64,000 bases of DNA from Takakia lepidozioides. Taxonomy: Eukaryota; Plantae; Bryophyta. The translations under genes were made by a program, and so were the position numbers. The stretch lies in contig CM060734.1 in assembly GCA_030704615.1 (NCBI GenBank), positions 34,906,001 through 34,970,000 of the forward strand, read 5' to 3'. Positions 15,776-28,127 of this stretch are shown one piece after another; position 1 is the stretch's first letter; every line of letters begins with the position of its first letter. Below the pieces are notes generated by a model. That model saw nothing but the letters and a program-made list of their open reading frames with translations. It made no database searches and was not told the origin of the DNA.

Positions 15776-17983
15776 TCCTGGACCACTCTAGAATCAGGGC
15801 CCGAATGAAACTGCTCTACATATTCAGATATTGAGGTCTTCATGGAGCTGTATACGGAATAGTTTTGAAATAATTCACTGTTCCTTTTGTTTTTCTTTTG
15901 GTTATGGTGGCCCTTTTGATCAAATTAAATAAAAAAGAGTTCAGGCTGGGTGACGAAGATGCACAGGGATTCACTGTTATCCCAAACACCTTTGTGTTCA
16001 AGCTAATTCAGTAAAGGCTCGCTATTAAACTCGTCGGGTAAGGGTAGTCTCTTTGCGCTAATACATGGATGTCGCCGCAAAACAAAATAACGGCGAAGTG
16101 GAGGTCTATGTGCTTCCAATGCTTCCGACCAATTGCCGCATGGGCGAAGCACACAATGTCGATCTAATTGGGATGGTCCTATAGTGGCTGCGCGCACATG
16201 AGGTTCCAACTCGAAAAAATATCCACCATGTCCTTTATCAACTATAGTAGTCCCTATGCACGAATGCCGACGAGGATAATCTGTTGTTAAATAATTGTTG
16301 TGAACGCTAATTTCACAACCACCAGTAGGACCATGCAGTGTTGACGGAGAGTCCTACACGAGACCTTTGTAGTGAGCTAGGCATAGATTTTCTAAATATA
16401 CAATTGAGGTCAACAGGAGCCCTTTGTGAGAGACAAAAACAAGGGTGCAGTGTGGGGCCAAGCAGGGACCACAGCACCCATATACTCTAAACTATTAATA
16501 CCCTCCACACCTTTTGCAAGGCCCACAACTTGGGAGTGATGTAGTTTGTGCATTTTAGACCAAATAGTGGAGTGCCCCACACTTGACCAAAATTCTGTGT
16601 TGATCTGTGTTGACTGAGGATCCAACATGCGATTGTCTAGTTTCCTAAATTATCCAAGTTGTTCGCCGCCCATTTGGGTTTTGTGTGTGTGCACCCGAAA
16701 GCTCACCTCATTCCGCACGCCGCAGACAACTCTTCAACGACATTGACACTAATAGATCGAAGTCGGCCCCTTACAACATTGGAGAGAATATTTTTCTGGA
16801 CAAGAAAAGCAAATTTCCAACAGTACACCTTTATTTCATAGGGTCTTGGATACTTGTCCGTCACTGGAATCCATTGATTTGTAATTAGAGTGTACCGATA
16901 TGGAAGTTCATGAGAAATAAATGATAGTTGTAGGCCATCAATGAACTTTGAAACAAGCCAGCAAAGGAAGACTCGGGTCTCGAAGAGTATCTAAACGGGC
17001 CTTTTCTCAGATAAAAGAAAAAAAGAAAAAAAGAAAAAAGAGTATCTAAGCTGGCCGTTACTAAACACCTCTGGCCACCATCATGGAGGAATCATGACAT
17101 GGGTATCATGATGAATGGAAAAATGTTTCCTAAATTTACATGATTGTTTTTTTCTCAAGAATGCCCAAGGGAGGCGGAATGTATTGATAATGAGGAAAAA
17201 TAACCTCACATGACAGGCCATGGAGGCTGAGAAAGGGGGCACCACCCCGGAAATGCTTTTTGTGAACAAGGATTTTTTTTTACTGGAATATGTCTAATAT
17301 GAACTGTTGGTCCGCAGTCCCAAGATACAGAGTGGGATTACCTTGGGATAATCCATGCTTGCTTCTGTTTGAAGGACCCATTGTAATAGAAAGAAAAACT
17401 ACTTAAAACATTTTATGGAACCAAGGTTTACCCATTTGACTCCAGCATGACCCAAATAGATATTACCCCAGTAAGTAGTCCCAGAAGACTCGCAAGTTTG
17501 TTTCATCACTGTGTTTTGCCTCTGTTTTTGCTCATAGAAGGGGCACACCCAAGACTCACACAGGGAGCCCCTTAATTACAGGGAGAGAAGAAAACCTCTG
17601 CCATGAGCAAGAGACTGGGCACTGCACAGGGAAGGGGTCAGGGAATATAATACCACACACTACAAGGTAGCAGGATTTCGGGTGGCACATAGTACACTAT
17701 CCAACTGAGCTACCAACTCGTATTGTAGTTCCTTGGCCAGCTCTGTTGTCTACAAATGTACCATAGGGTAGGTGCCCCCCCAAGATCGCGGGCAGGGCAA
17801 AATCACACTGAGCAATATTTCATGTGTCCAACTGTCTCATTCGCCAGGGATACTTCTCACCTGATCAAACCGCCCTGGTATTTTCCACTGGCCTTTGCCA
17901 TTATCTCACTCATAGAACCAGCAAGGGATCATTATATGTTGAAGTGAAAGTCATCAAGAGACATGCCTTACAAGGTCAATATT

Positions 17984-20900
17984 TCACCAGTACTCCCCAC
18001 AGGAGCAAACCCCATCTTCAAAGTTGTGAAAGCGATTGCCATCCCGCACAACGATTGCTCGCCCAACAATCTTCGAGATGAGCTTGGTGGCCATGTGGCA
18101 GTCACCACACACCCGAAGGTTCTTGATAACACGGAGAGGCGTCCCAGGGGCCGTGCTGATCAGCCCAAAAGCGATGGCCAGCTTCTCACTGTGATGGCAA
18201 AGAGAAATTTCCTTTTGCTCCTCCTCCACATCATGCAATACAAAGCGCGTGTCAGGCACATACCCTGCCTCCTTCATCAGCCCAGACAATCTTCTCAGCT
18301 CAGCATGAATTTCCTCGATTTGTGGATGCGATTTGTCATCTACAACAAAGGTGTGCACCCCATCGCCGACCTCAATGTAGCAGTGACCTGGCTCTTTGGT
18401 GACACCTCTGACCTTCATCATTTTTCTCACCTTTGCAGTATCATCCCACCTGCCAGCTGCAGCATAGATGTTTGACAGCGACACATAAGTTCCCGCATCC
18501 TGTGGATCCCACTTGAGAATAGATTTTGCTGCACGTTCTGCCACCTCCACATTGCCATGAATTTTGCAGGCACCAAGCAAGGCCTTCCACACTACAGCAT
18601 CCGGTTTGCTTGGCATTTTGCTGACAAAATCCTCTGCCTCATCCAGTCGCCCCACACGGCCAAGAAGGTCCACCATGCAGCCAAAGTGCTCTGCTGCAGG
18701 AGTAAGGTTATGATCTTTACTAAGGGAATCAAAGTAGTGTCTGCCTTCATCCACTAGGCCAACATGGCTGCATGCAGAGAGAACACATACAAAGGTGATA
18801 TTGTCCGGCTTCAAGCCTTCCATTTGCATTCCTTCAAATAGTTGCAGGGCTTCCCTAGAACATCCATGCTGGGCATATCCTGCCATCATAGCACTCCATG
18901 ACACCACATCTCGTTCAGCCATATTGTCAAACACTTCCTTGGCATCTTTGATGCTCCCGCATTTGGCATACATGTCCATGAGGGTGTTGTCGAGAATGGT
19001 ATTTGGTTGAATTCTAGCTTTCATGATGTCTGCATGTACCTTTTTGCCCTTTTCCAGGGCTGCCAGGCTCGCACACGCATTGCAAACACAAACATATGTA
19101 ATCGGGTTCGGCTTCACCCCTTCCCGCATCATTTGCTCATAGGTCTGCAAAGCCTCCAGCCCACTCCCATGCTGGGTATATCCTGCAATCATCGCACTCC
19201 ATGAAACGACATCTCGTTCAGCCATATTGTCGAACACTCCTCTTGCATCCTTGATGCTCCCGCATTTTGCATACATGTCCACAAGGGCAGTATCCAGAAT
19301 GATATTTGGTACAATCCCAGCTTTCATGATATCACAGTGGACCTCTTTCCCCTTCTGCAGGGCTCTCAGGCTTGCACATGCATTGCAAATGCAAACGAAC
19401 GTGACCAGGTCTGGCTTCACCCCATCCCCCATCATTAGTTCATAGGTCTCCATAGCCTCCATCCCACGCCCATCCTTGGTATACCCTGCAATCATCGCAC
19501 TCCACGAGACCACATTCCGTTCAGCCATATTGTTGAACACTGCCTGTGCATCTTTGATGCTGCCGCATTTGCAATACATGTCCATGAGGGTAGTGTCCAG
19601 AATGGCATCTGGAACAATTCCAGCTTTCATCATGTCAGCATGGACCTCTTTGCCCTTTTCCAGCGCTGTCAGGCAGGAACATGCCTTCAGAACGCAAGTG
19701 AATGAAACCTGGTTGGGCTTCACCCCTTCCTGTATCATTAGCTGATAGGTCTCTATAGCTTTTCTACTATACCCCTGCTTGAAATATCCTGCCATCATTA
19801 TATTCCATGAATAAATATTTCGTTCAGACATTTTGTCAAACACTCGGTGTGCATCCATGATGCTCCCACACTTGACATACATGTTGATGAGGGTGTTGTG
19901 TAGAAACACATTTGCCTTGAATTGACTTTGGATAATGTGGGCATGCACCTGCTTTCCTGCTGCTAGGCCTTTCATCTTCATGCACTTATCCAACAGACAG
20001 ACATAGGTAGTTAAGTCTGCCAAAATGCCTCCATGCTCCAAAATATGCAGAGCCTCGTTCAGTTGTCCTGCCTCACATAGTGTCCTCACATGTCCACAAG
20101 CACCAGAAGCGATCTTATACACTCCCTTTCTTGGTCCTCTTTCGGAAACGGTGGTCATGGAGGAGGAATGTGACTTTATCAAGTGTACTGCTGCTGCTTC
20201 CAGTTCACCATCTACACATGCAGCCTTGTGGCTATCAATCCATAGTTGCTCTTTGGTACTCTTGGGCTTGAGATCTGGCCCTCTTGGATGGATCTGGACC
20301 CACGACCTTAAATGCACCTAGCAAACACCCCAACCCTACTTACCACACACTACTTACTGATAAGGCTGAAATGCTGACAAGTGCTTAAAAATGAGTTAGA
20401 GGAGAGAGGGAGGAATACAATTTGCAGGTAAGTTTTTCAATGCAACTTGTTGTCAGCTTCTGCTTTAACATGACATACATTCACCTGCCTGCCTGCCTCG
20501 ATTGTCCCACTATTGATTGGGACAAGCCCAAACGTGTTGAAAGGATGCAAAGGACCTCTTGTGCGTGCTACTTATGTCTGTAGTACGGTGATCCTGGACT
20601 GGTCAGTGAGACCCACCAGGATCCAGCTAAACACAGTCTCCTAAGACAAAGCTGACCCTCCTTCTGGGCCAACTTAGGAAGAACAACCTCTTATACCACT
20701 AGAGGAGTCACTTTTGTACAACAGACAACATCCTCCATATCATACATGAAGAAAGCCGCACCTTGCCAATGCGGTTGTCCTGCCATTGTGAAGGATATTC
20801 AAAGAACTCTTGCCACCGCTCGTCCATGCTCCATGGTTGACCTTGATGCCAGAAACTCCAAAGGCATCAAGGAATGCTAGTTTAGCTTCTGACAATATCC

Positions 20901-21995
20901 ATGTGAGTCAATCTCAGCTCTGTGTGAAGTATTATAACATTCTTAGATTACAGACAAGCTCCTAACAAGGCTCATTGCACGTCATAGTCACCTTCATCTT
21001 CAAGGTTCGAAGGAGCTACACCATCCACACCAGAATTACAACCACACTTTGATATGCTTGCACCATCACCCGACTGTTCTCGGCATTGCGTCATAGCAAT
21101 TAGCTTTTCTTTCACCCAAGAAGGATTCAACCAACCCTCAATCCACAGGACCTCCCGTGTGAACTGCTTATGTCTGTAGTCTGGAGATTTTGGATTGGTC
21201 TGTGCAAACAACAAGGGTGCATCAGAGCACCATAAGCTTTAACCACAGCTTCCTAAGACTAATCCAGAACCATCAACCCTCCCAAAACTTGCAAACTCCA
21301 GGGGAAAACCATTGCGCATCCTACTTTCGAGCCCTGTTTAGGAAGAACAACCTACCATGCTGACAGGAAGAGACTCTCTTGCATAACAAATCTAAATTCT
21401 ACCTCAACACCTAGGATATGAGTCTGACAAAATAAGATATGCGTAAAATTCCCCCTCTGACATTCAGATCATGTATGAAGAAAACGCACCTTATCAACGC
21501 TGTAGGCGCACCATTGTGAAGGATCTTTAAAGAACTCCTGCCAGCGCTGTCCCATGCTCCAGCGTTGACCTACGTGGTAGATATTCCAAATGTTGCAAGA
21601 CGTCAAGGATGTTGATTACAGCTCTTGTTTGACTGTCATGTGTGCTTCTTCCACTAAACTCGATCACTTTCTGCTGGATACGTCAAAGGAAAATTTCAAG
21701 CTTGGACCACTAGGTGCATACAACGCAAGGAACCCACGAAAGAAACCGCACAATGTTCAGTTTTATGACCTGATATCCTTGGCATTCGTGAAGGCTTGGG
21801 AGGGGTCATAGCCACCACATGCAAGGGACGCTGTCTTTGGCATATTTCCAAACGGGATGCCGCATTCAAATCCACAGCCCAGTCCCTTAATCTGCTGCAT
21901 GACATGAAACCTCTTGCATGACCAAAACGAGAAAACAGGCCCTTGGGTGTGAAGTCGACATGCGCGCTCAGGAGACCGCTGGAGCATGCTGCCAT
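17984..21995 (-). CDS. Chimeric organellar protein: putative transit peptide + 2 OSB-type PDF motifs + PLS-class PPR array + E1/E2 + DYW cytidine deaminase, 5 exons, ~967 aa
   Basis: Exons (minus) 21995-21770, 21569-21490, 21199-20992, 20841-20762, 20293-17984, with an alternative in-frame acceptor at 20317. Intron phases are 1,0,1,0 and the frame is continuous. The spliced product contains WQEFFKDPSQWCAYSVDK|TNPKSPDYRHKQFTREVLWIEGWLNPSWV and WQEFFEYPSQWQDNRIGK|IHPRGPDLKPKSTKEQLWIDS. These are followed by 14 L/S/P motifs, E1, E2, PG box, HSEKLA, CGDCH and C-terminal CSCGEYW. The PPR-DYW part is certain; the exon 1 donor (GTCATA) is weak. Confidence 0.85.
20560..21575 (-). repeat. Tandem exon-intron module duplication (~728-bp offset) within the PPR-DYW gene
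   Basis: Two homologous 80-nt exons (21569-21490 and 20841-20762) have identical phases and GTGCG donors. Intron similarity continues beyond them: ttaggaagaacaacct at ~20674 and ~21338, and cat..atgaagaaa..cgcacc next to both donors. Confidence 0.8.
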
Positions 21996-23897
21996 CCCCA
22001 GCAGCGTGTGAGAGACAAGCAGAAGCTACCGCTGATGCAAGAAAAGATTGCTCCACCTGGCTCTTCAATAACGGAAAAAGATCATCCAGCTTCAAGGATC
22101 AAGCATATATGCAAATCATCATTTGTTGCTGCTTCTTCCAAGTCTATTCTCTTCGTCTTCTGCATAGACATATCGATCTCTCTCAGTCCCCCAAACGTCA
22201 TTAATCCCCACCAAGAGAAAGACCACTTCTCGCTACCTCTCCACTTCACATCACTTTCCAGCACCTGTCAATTTCGCCATCAAACTCCTCACTGTCAACG
22301 AACCGCCCCCTGCAGATCATCAAGCCTGTCTAGGTGGATCGTGTATTCATTCCGCATGCTGCAAGGCAGGCCATTGCCACCAAAGCACCACCATGTCCAC
22401 CGTTCGTTTCGTACCACGGTATTGATCTTTCTGGGCATCTATGGTTGCTGTTTGACATGTCTTTGAACCTTCAGATATCGGTGAATTCATTCCAATCGAA
22501 TGGAAGCTTGAATACCAAGCACTCCGAAGTAGCTGTCAAGCATGCATCAGGTTGAAGATGGTTGCATACGTCAACACACACACATCTCAAACACAAATCT
22601 TGGTGAAATTAAGTTAAAAAGAGGGGACTCGATTTGTCAAGTTGAATTCTTCATCTGGTCCTGTGACAGTCATGGAATGGACGCGTAATAATTACCCATT
22701 TGCTAGGGCAGTTTGAGGCACTAGGGAGAAGTGCCCCTATAATTGCATAGGCATGCAAGGGACGAACCCACTTGACGGACATAATTGTTTGGTGACAAGG
22801 CTGCATGCCAATGTATTCAAACATGCATGCAAGCTGAGGTGGGGGAGTAGTTGGGAGAGGCCTGATGGAGAAGATCAATTTCTCTCATTCCGTGATTTTG
22901 ATCAGGCCACACCCTTGCTGGTGGAATTAGTGAACCCAAGTACAATCCTCGGAAATCTTGGGTTCACAGGAAAGATGCTTTGTGGAGATTGATGGTCCTT
23001 GGGAGAGGCCTTCGGCTATGAGGATGTAATATGCTTAGCACGGACCTGCATGTGGCATTCTGGTCCTTATGTTTGGGGTTTTCGGCTGGTTTGGTTGTCT
23101 GGTTTGGTTTGTACATCTGCTGCAAATTGGGAGGTAGTGTAGCAGTCCTGGAATCAACATTTTGATATCTGGGATGGTCATATGCAAGCCCATGCATCAA
23201 ACCTTGGTGGGTGGAATCCCCACAACTGAATTCAGAAGGGTTAACATTGCGTGTGGTCTATTCCCAAACAAGTATGTATCTTTTCTCTCTCTCTCCCTCT
23301 CCCTCTCCCTCTCTTTCACCCACAAGGCTATGGCAAACATCTTGCAAGTCCATTCTCTCTCACTTCGCTCAATCCCCCGGAAAAACACACCACACAGCAT
23401 GCACCAAGCAACCAAGTAAACTCTCCACAAAGCTAGCACAAAACTGAGAATTTACTTGAGAAAATAATTTAGGTACTTGAGGCATAATTTTTTTGCTATT
23501 TCTCTCCAAGAAGCCTTCGGTGGACACCTATGAACTTTTAGTTCATCCTTAACTAGTCAGACTAAACTCTTAGGGCAACAGTGTAACAGTGACTCTCAGC
23601 GCAAGAGATTTTGTTGGCCAACTGTTTCCTCGTGGATTTTTAAGCCACTAGGTACATGCTAAAGTTGAGAAGGGACATGGTACATGTATTTGACACCAGA
23701 CCACCTACAATGTCACAACAGTGCCATCAACAGTGGGCTGTCAACAACTGTCCTCCATATACAGCAGCCTATAAAACTGAGGTATTGCTCAGACCTTCCC
23801 TGGCACTCGCCAGAGTATCAGGAAACCCAGACTTAGATTTTCTGGCAGATCCCCTGTAGTCCTTGAAATTATGAAAGTCAAGCCTATGTAACCATGA

Positions 23898-26800
23898 TCA
23901 TGCAGTTTCGGTGGATATCTTTCGATGCGTCGTATCCATGGAAAATTCCAGCCCATTCTCCTTTCCCTGCATAGGCTTTGCCTGCAAGCATTCATTGACT
24001 CCACAACCGTCACTCACCAAACAACAGTAGACATCACAGGGCTGAAATCAGTATAGGCAGGTCTTGCTGTCACTGTACTGTTTTACTGTGTCCACGGGCA
24101 GCCTGTGGATGTGACAAGTTTTCTCCTTCTCTCTCGGTGGACTTGGACTAAAAATTGTGACCTCCCTCTTAAACAACAAGAACCGCACACTTCTGTAAGA
24201 GTACATGGTGTGACGATGTCCAAAAGAAGCGCCACACTTATGTCGCAAGCTAGCTTATCTCTATGTCCCTCCCTCTCAATCATCTTTCAGCCAAGCTGCA
24301 AATACAACATGTATACTGATGAAGAAATTTCTTGATCTTCTTAATACACATGGATAAATATGTGGCCCTGGAATCAAGACAACCTTGAATAGCTCAGGCT
24401 GTTTTACTGAGGCACTACTTTTCAGATGTAAACTCCATCATGCAAATTTCATACTGAAATCAATTTTGGTGGACTACTGTTACTGGTTAGTTTTAGAGGT
24501 AAGAAGACTGTCAGCTTCCTTTCTGTTTCATGCTTTTATTATGATCTGTCATGATCTGTCAAATTCATTTGTCTTTATTGTCATTTCGAGCTGTTAGCCT
24601 TGGGTCACTTCATTGGTTCCATCATGTTTGTGGCAACCTTGTCTTTCCATGTCAAGAGGTACAACTGCCAGCTCAAGTTCCTTCTCCTCACTCTCTTTCC
24701 TTTCTCATCTCTTGCCAACTGATATTACACTACCTGCTTGAAGTCCAGAATAGGCGTGAGGACAGCAATGAGTATTACCTGAATGTCTAGTAAAAGATCA
24801 TTGTTGCAGAAATCGCGAAAACGGGTAACTATGGAGTCCCGTCCAGGAGGGTCACCTTTTTTGGGGCAATTCTGATGTATCCAAGCACGTGCTTGGTTCT
24901 GCAAATGCTCTGGCTGCAACAACCATTCCACCTTCACATGCTTCCCCTGCCAACAAAAGAATTGTTTAACTTAAAACCCAATGACAAGCACAATTACATT
25001 TCAGGACTCTGCTCTCTCTATAAATGCAGAACCTTGGGTCAGCTCCACGGGGAACCCCAAGTCACATATCGTACTCACAAAACTCGTAACATGGAGACTA
25101 TATTAGACGATGGTTGGAGAGTTCCATAAAGATAAACATGTGGCTTGAAGCTATAGCAGTACAAGTCCTGCTCCAGTGCCCGGACCGAGTCTATGGATAG
25201 AATTCCGCTATCATCAACTGTCAGGATGAAAGCTCTCCATTTGAAATTGCATGCAATGTAGACCAAACTACTGCCACATTAAGGCATAAATCAAGGGCAT
25301 CAATACAGTAACTGTCAAATGTAGTCTAGTCAAGGGGATCGATATCCTCTGCCCCGGTTTCACTAGAGAGTGGAAAAGGCCGGGGTAATTTGGTTTGGTT
25401 ACTGCTTGCAGGGACTTTTGCTATATAACACTATTAACAAGCAGTTTTGAGGTGGGTGTAACTGTTAGGATGAAAACCTGCAGGGACTCAGAAAAGGTGC
25501 CATCCCCTCGGATGTCCCAGTCATCCACCCATTTCCGTGCTGTGCGCATGGATACACCAACAGACTCACCACCTTGCCGATATGCTTCAGTCACCTGCTC
25601 AGTGCCCCAAAATGTTTTCTCTCAGAAATCTAAAAATCCAGTTTTTGAGAATGTAAGGCTATTTACCAACCCAAAACTGGAGAGGATGGGACATACATGG
25701 CCCACCAATCAGACAGCGAGAGAGAGAAACAGTAAATGACGAAGACACCCAAAACTACAGATTGTAATATGAAACTCAGGGAATGTAATGATGTAATAAA
25801 AGGTTACTCCCATCAAACTCTCGGCGTGTTGGCTACTGCCACATGGAAAAATCTCTTCTGCTTGGCAGTGTCCTGGGTCCCTGAAGGTGTTCCAGCAAGC
25901 TCCTAACCCTTCTTCTTACAAACAGCAATTCTTGAGGGATTGCTGTGACAGTGTAACCTTGAACAACCCCTGATCTAAGACTGGTGGACCCCATTTTGGA
26001 CCTAGAAAGGGAGAGGGGAGAGAAAGCGTACTAACAAGGGGTATTGGTAAGCCATATCTGCATCTTAGGGAAACAAATGCAAATAAGGATAGAGATATAG
26101 AGGAAGAGGAGAGACTGAAAACATTGGCGGGTTTAAGTACACCATTCCATTGACCCTGAAAGCTGGAGGTACGATATGATAGCCAAATCATCCACAATTT
26201 CCTAAATTGTCTGGACAGACACCTCACAAGAACATGCACACACTTTAGCCGAATTTGAGGCCAAAATGCATGTCTGCACTGACATCCAGCCAGCGGGCTC
26301 CACTGGAAACCTAAAGTTTCTGCACGGAAGAGCTATTCAAATTTGTGATGTCTTTTAAAGTTAGATGGTAGCTAAGGAAAAGAAAGACACCAGTACAAGC
26401 CTGGAGCATTTGTAAAGTTGATGCATACTTCACCCCTTAAGGATGCTGCTGCTTGGTAGGAGGTTGGCAGTTCTTAAGCCCTACTACCATTTGAAAAGGA
26501 GCAATCCTGTCACACGCTGAGTTCACCAAAATTCTTTCTTTATCCATTTTCAATCCTAAATTTGACATCTTTGGCATTGATATGTGACTTACTGACCTTT
26601 GCTGATCAGAGCAGGAACAAAGGTGAAAGAAATGAATGATATGTAGGTTCTGCGAGAGCAATGTAAATAAATCATCCACATAGAGTTACTCACATGTACA
26701 TCCTGTCAAGACTATTTGCTTCATATTTTAAGAACAGCAGCAAGAAGACGTACAGAAAAGCAGAGGAGTGGCATTCTTGGTCAATTGTTGGTATAGTTGT

Positions 26801-27476
26801 TGGCAGGCACCTTACATGGAGAGTCGGGGGAGGAGAGGGCCATGTGTCTGTAAAATTCGGCCACGCAAATCAGCTGCCGCGTTTTCAATGGCAACTGCAA
26901 CACATATTGCAAGGCCTGCGTCCGCCTTTTCATATAATGTGCATGAGTCTTGCATGCTCCTCGACGAGCTCTCTTTCTCGACTGCTGAGGCTCGATCACT
27001 TCCTGCCTGTGTTGAGGCTCGGATTCAAAACCTAAATCGTCTCGGTAAGTCTCTGCTAGACCAAGGCCGTCTTGATACGCATCGGGTGCAACCCCTGGTT
27101 CATAATACCCCTCCGATACATAACTATGGTCTTGAGAAACCCCTGCCGCTAGCAGGGTTTCCTGATAGCTCCGTGGGGGACTCTCTCCAACTTCCAAACC
27201 ATCATCTCCCGCCTCGTGTAGTGAGCCATTCAAGTAAGGATCATACGGTTGAGGTGAGTTCAAAGCATTGCTGTCATCCCCATGCTGCGATTCGACCTGT
27301 CCGTGTCTATGCAATTCGTCAAGATACCCTCTTGAAAGATTGGTGACCAAGGGGGACAGGACATTGCACGGGGTGAAGGCAGATGTTGAGGAATGCTGCA
27401 AACACACCTGGCATCGATCTGGCGGTGGAGCTATCGCCTGCCCCACCCCCTCCCAATTCTCCCCTTGCGTCTCCAT
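23898..27476 (-). pseudogene. Spliced transposase-derived ORF (N-terminal HTH region of an IS630/Tc1-mariner-like eukaryotic DDE family), truncated by a stop before the catalytic domain
   Basis: Exons 27476-26811, 25594-25478, 24946-24779, 23981-23898, all phase 0 with GT..AG. They give ...K|VTEAYRQGGESVGVSMRTARKWVDDW..GTFSESLQ|GKHVKVEWLLQPEHLQNQARAWIHQNCPKKG..FRDFCNNDLL..|..RKISTETA*SWLHRLDF. No DDE region is recognisable downstream. Confidence 0.55.
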
Positions 27477-28127
27477 CTTTGTTCAGATTGCTTCCATCTC
27501 TTGTATCAAATAGAAAGCAAAATACTTTTCGTGGAGCTCAAGAGGCTCAAGGTTGCCTCGCCTTCCAGCACCCTGATCTCTCTCTTGCACTCCCCTCTGA
27601 ATTGCTCCCACCCATTGCTTCCAAATTTCTTGCTTTCTGAGGCAATCACGTCAGAACCCAAAAACCCACCTCAAATTTCAATAACTGGAGAACAACGATG
27701 CCGATCGCAGAGTTCAGAGTCCAAAGGAATTGAAACGGTTGCTGAGGTTTGCATTGCAATTCACTAAGCTATATCACCACATTCTTCGTTCTCCATAACT
27801 TGCTGACAAGCAGCTTTTGTCCGTTCAACTCTTCTGTAAGTACTCGGATTGGGCAGAGCATTTCCCAAATCCACACAAGCAGCCTGCATCCTCCAAAACC
27901 TCAGGATGCTACATTCAAGGGGCACCGCCTGATTAGGATGGATAGTGCCACCCAGGTGACTCTGTCCTGCTCCGACAACTGTCGAGTGTGGGTATTGTCA
28001 TTTTGATATAGGGCCCACCCCCAAAGGGACCAGTAGCCGTGAGGCGAAGTGGCTCTTAGTTAGGCTGGTCGCGGCCAGAGTCTTCTCTCTCTTTTGTCAT
28101 TTTGATTTAATACTTCATAGTTGGGAC

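Noticed and set aside
14775-16209. Inverted 9-mers ttggaacct / aggttccaa as possible TIRs
   Set aside because: Too short and no target-site duplication.
17672-17722. tRNA-like ggtagctcagttggatag on the minus strand
   Set aside because: Only an A-box/D-arm is present, with no B-box or cloverleaf; at most a SINE relic.
21696-21995. VVAMTPPKPS resembles the start of mature plastid ribosomal protein L11
   Set aside because: No L11 sequence follows. The segment is better explained as the transit-peptide exon of the PDF-PPR-DYW gene.
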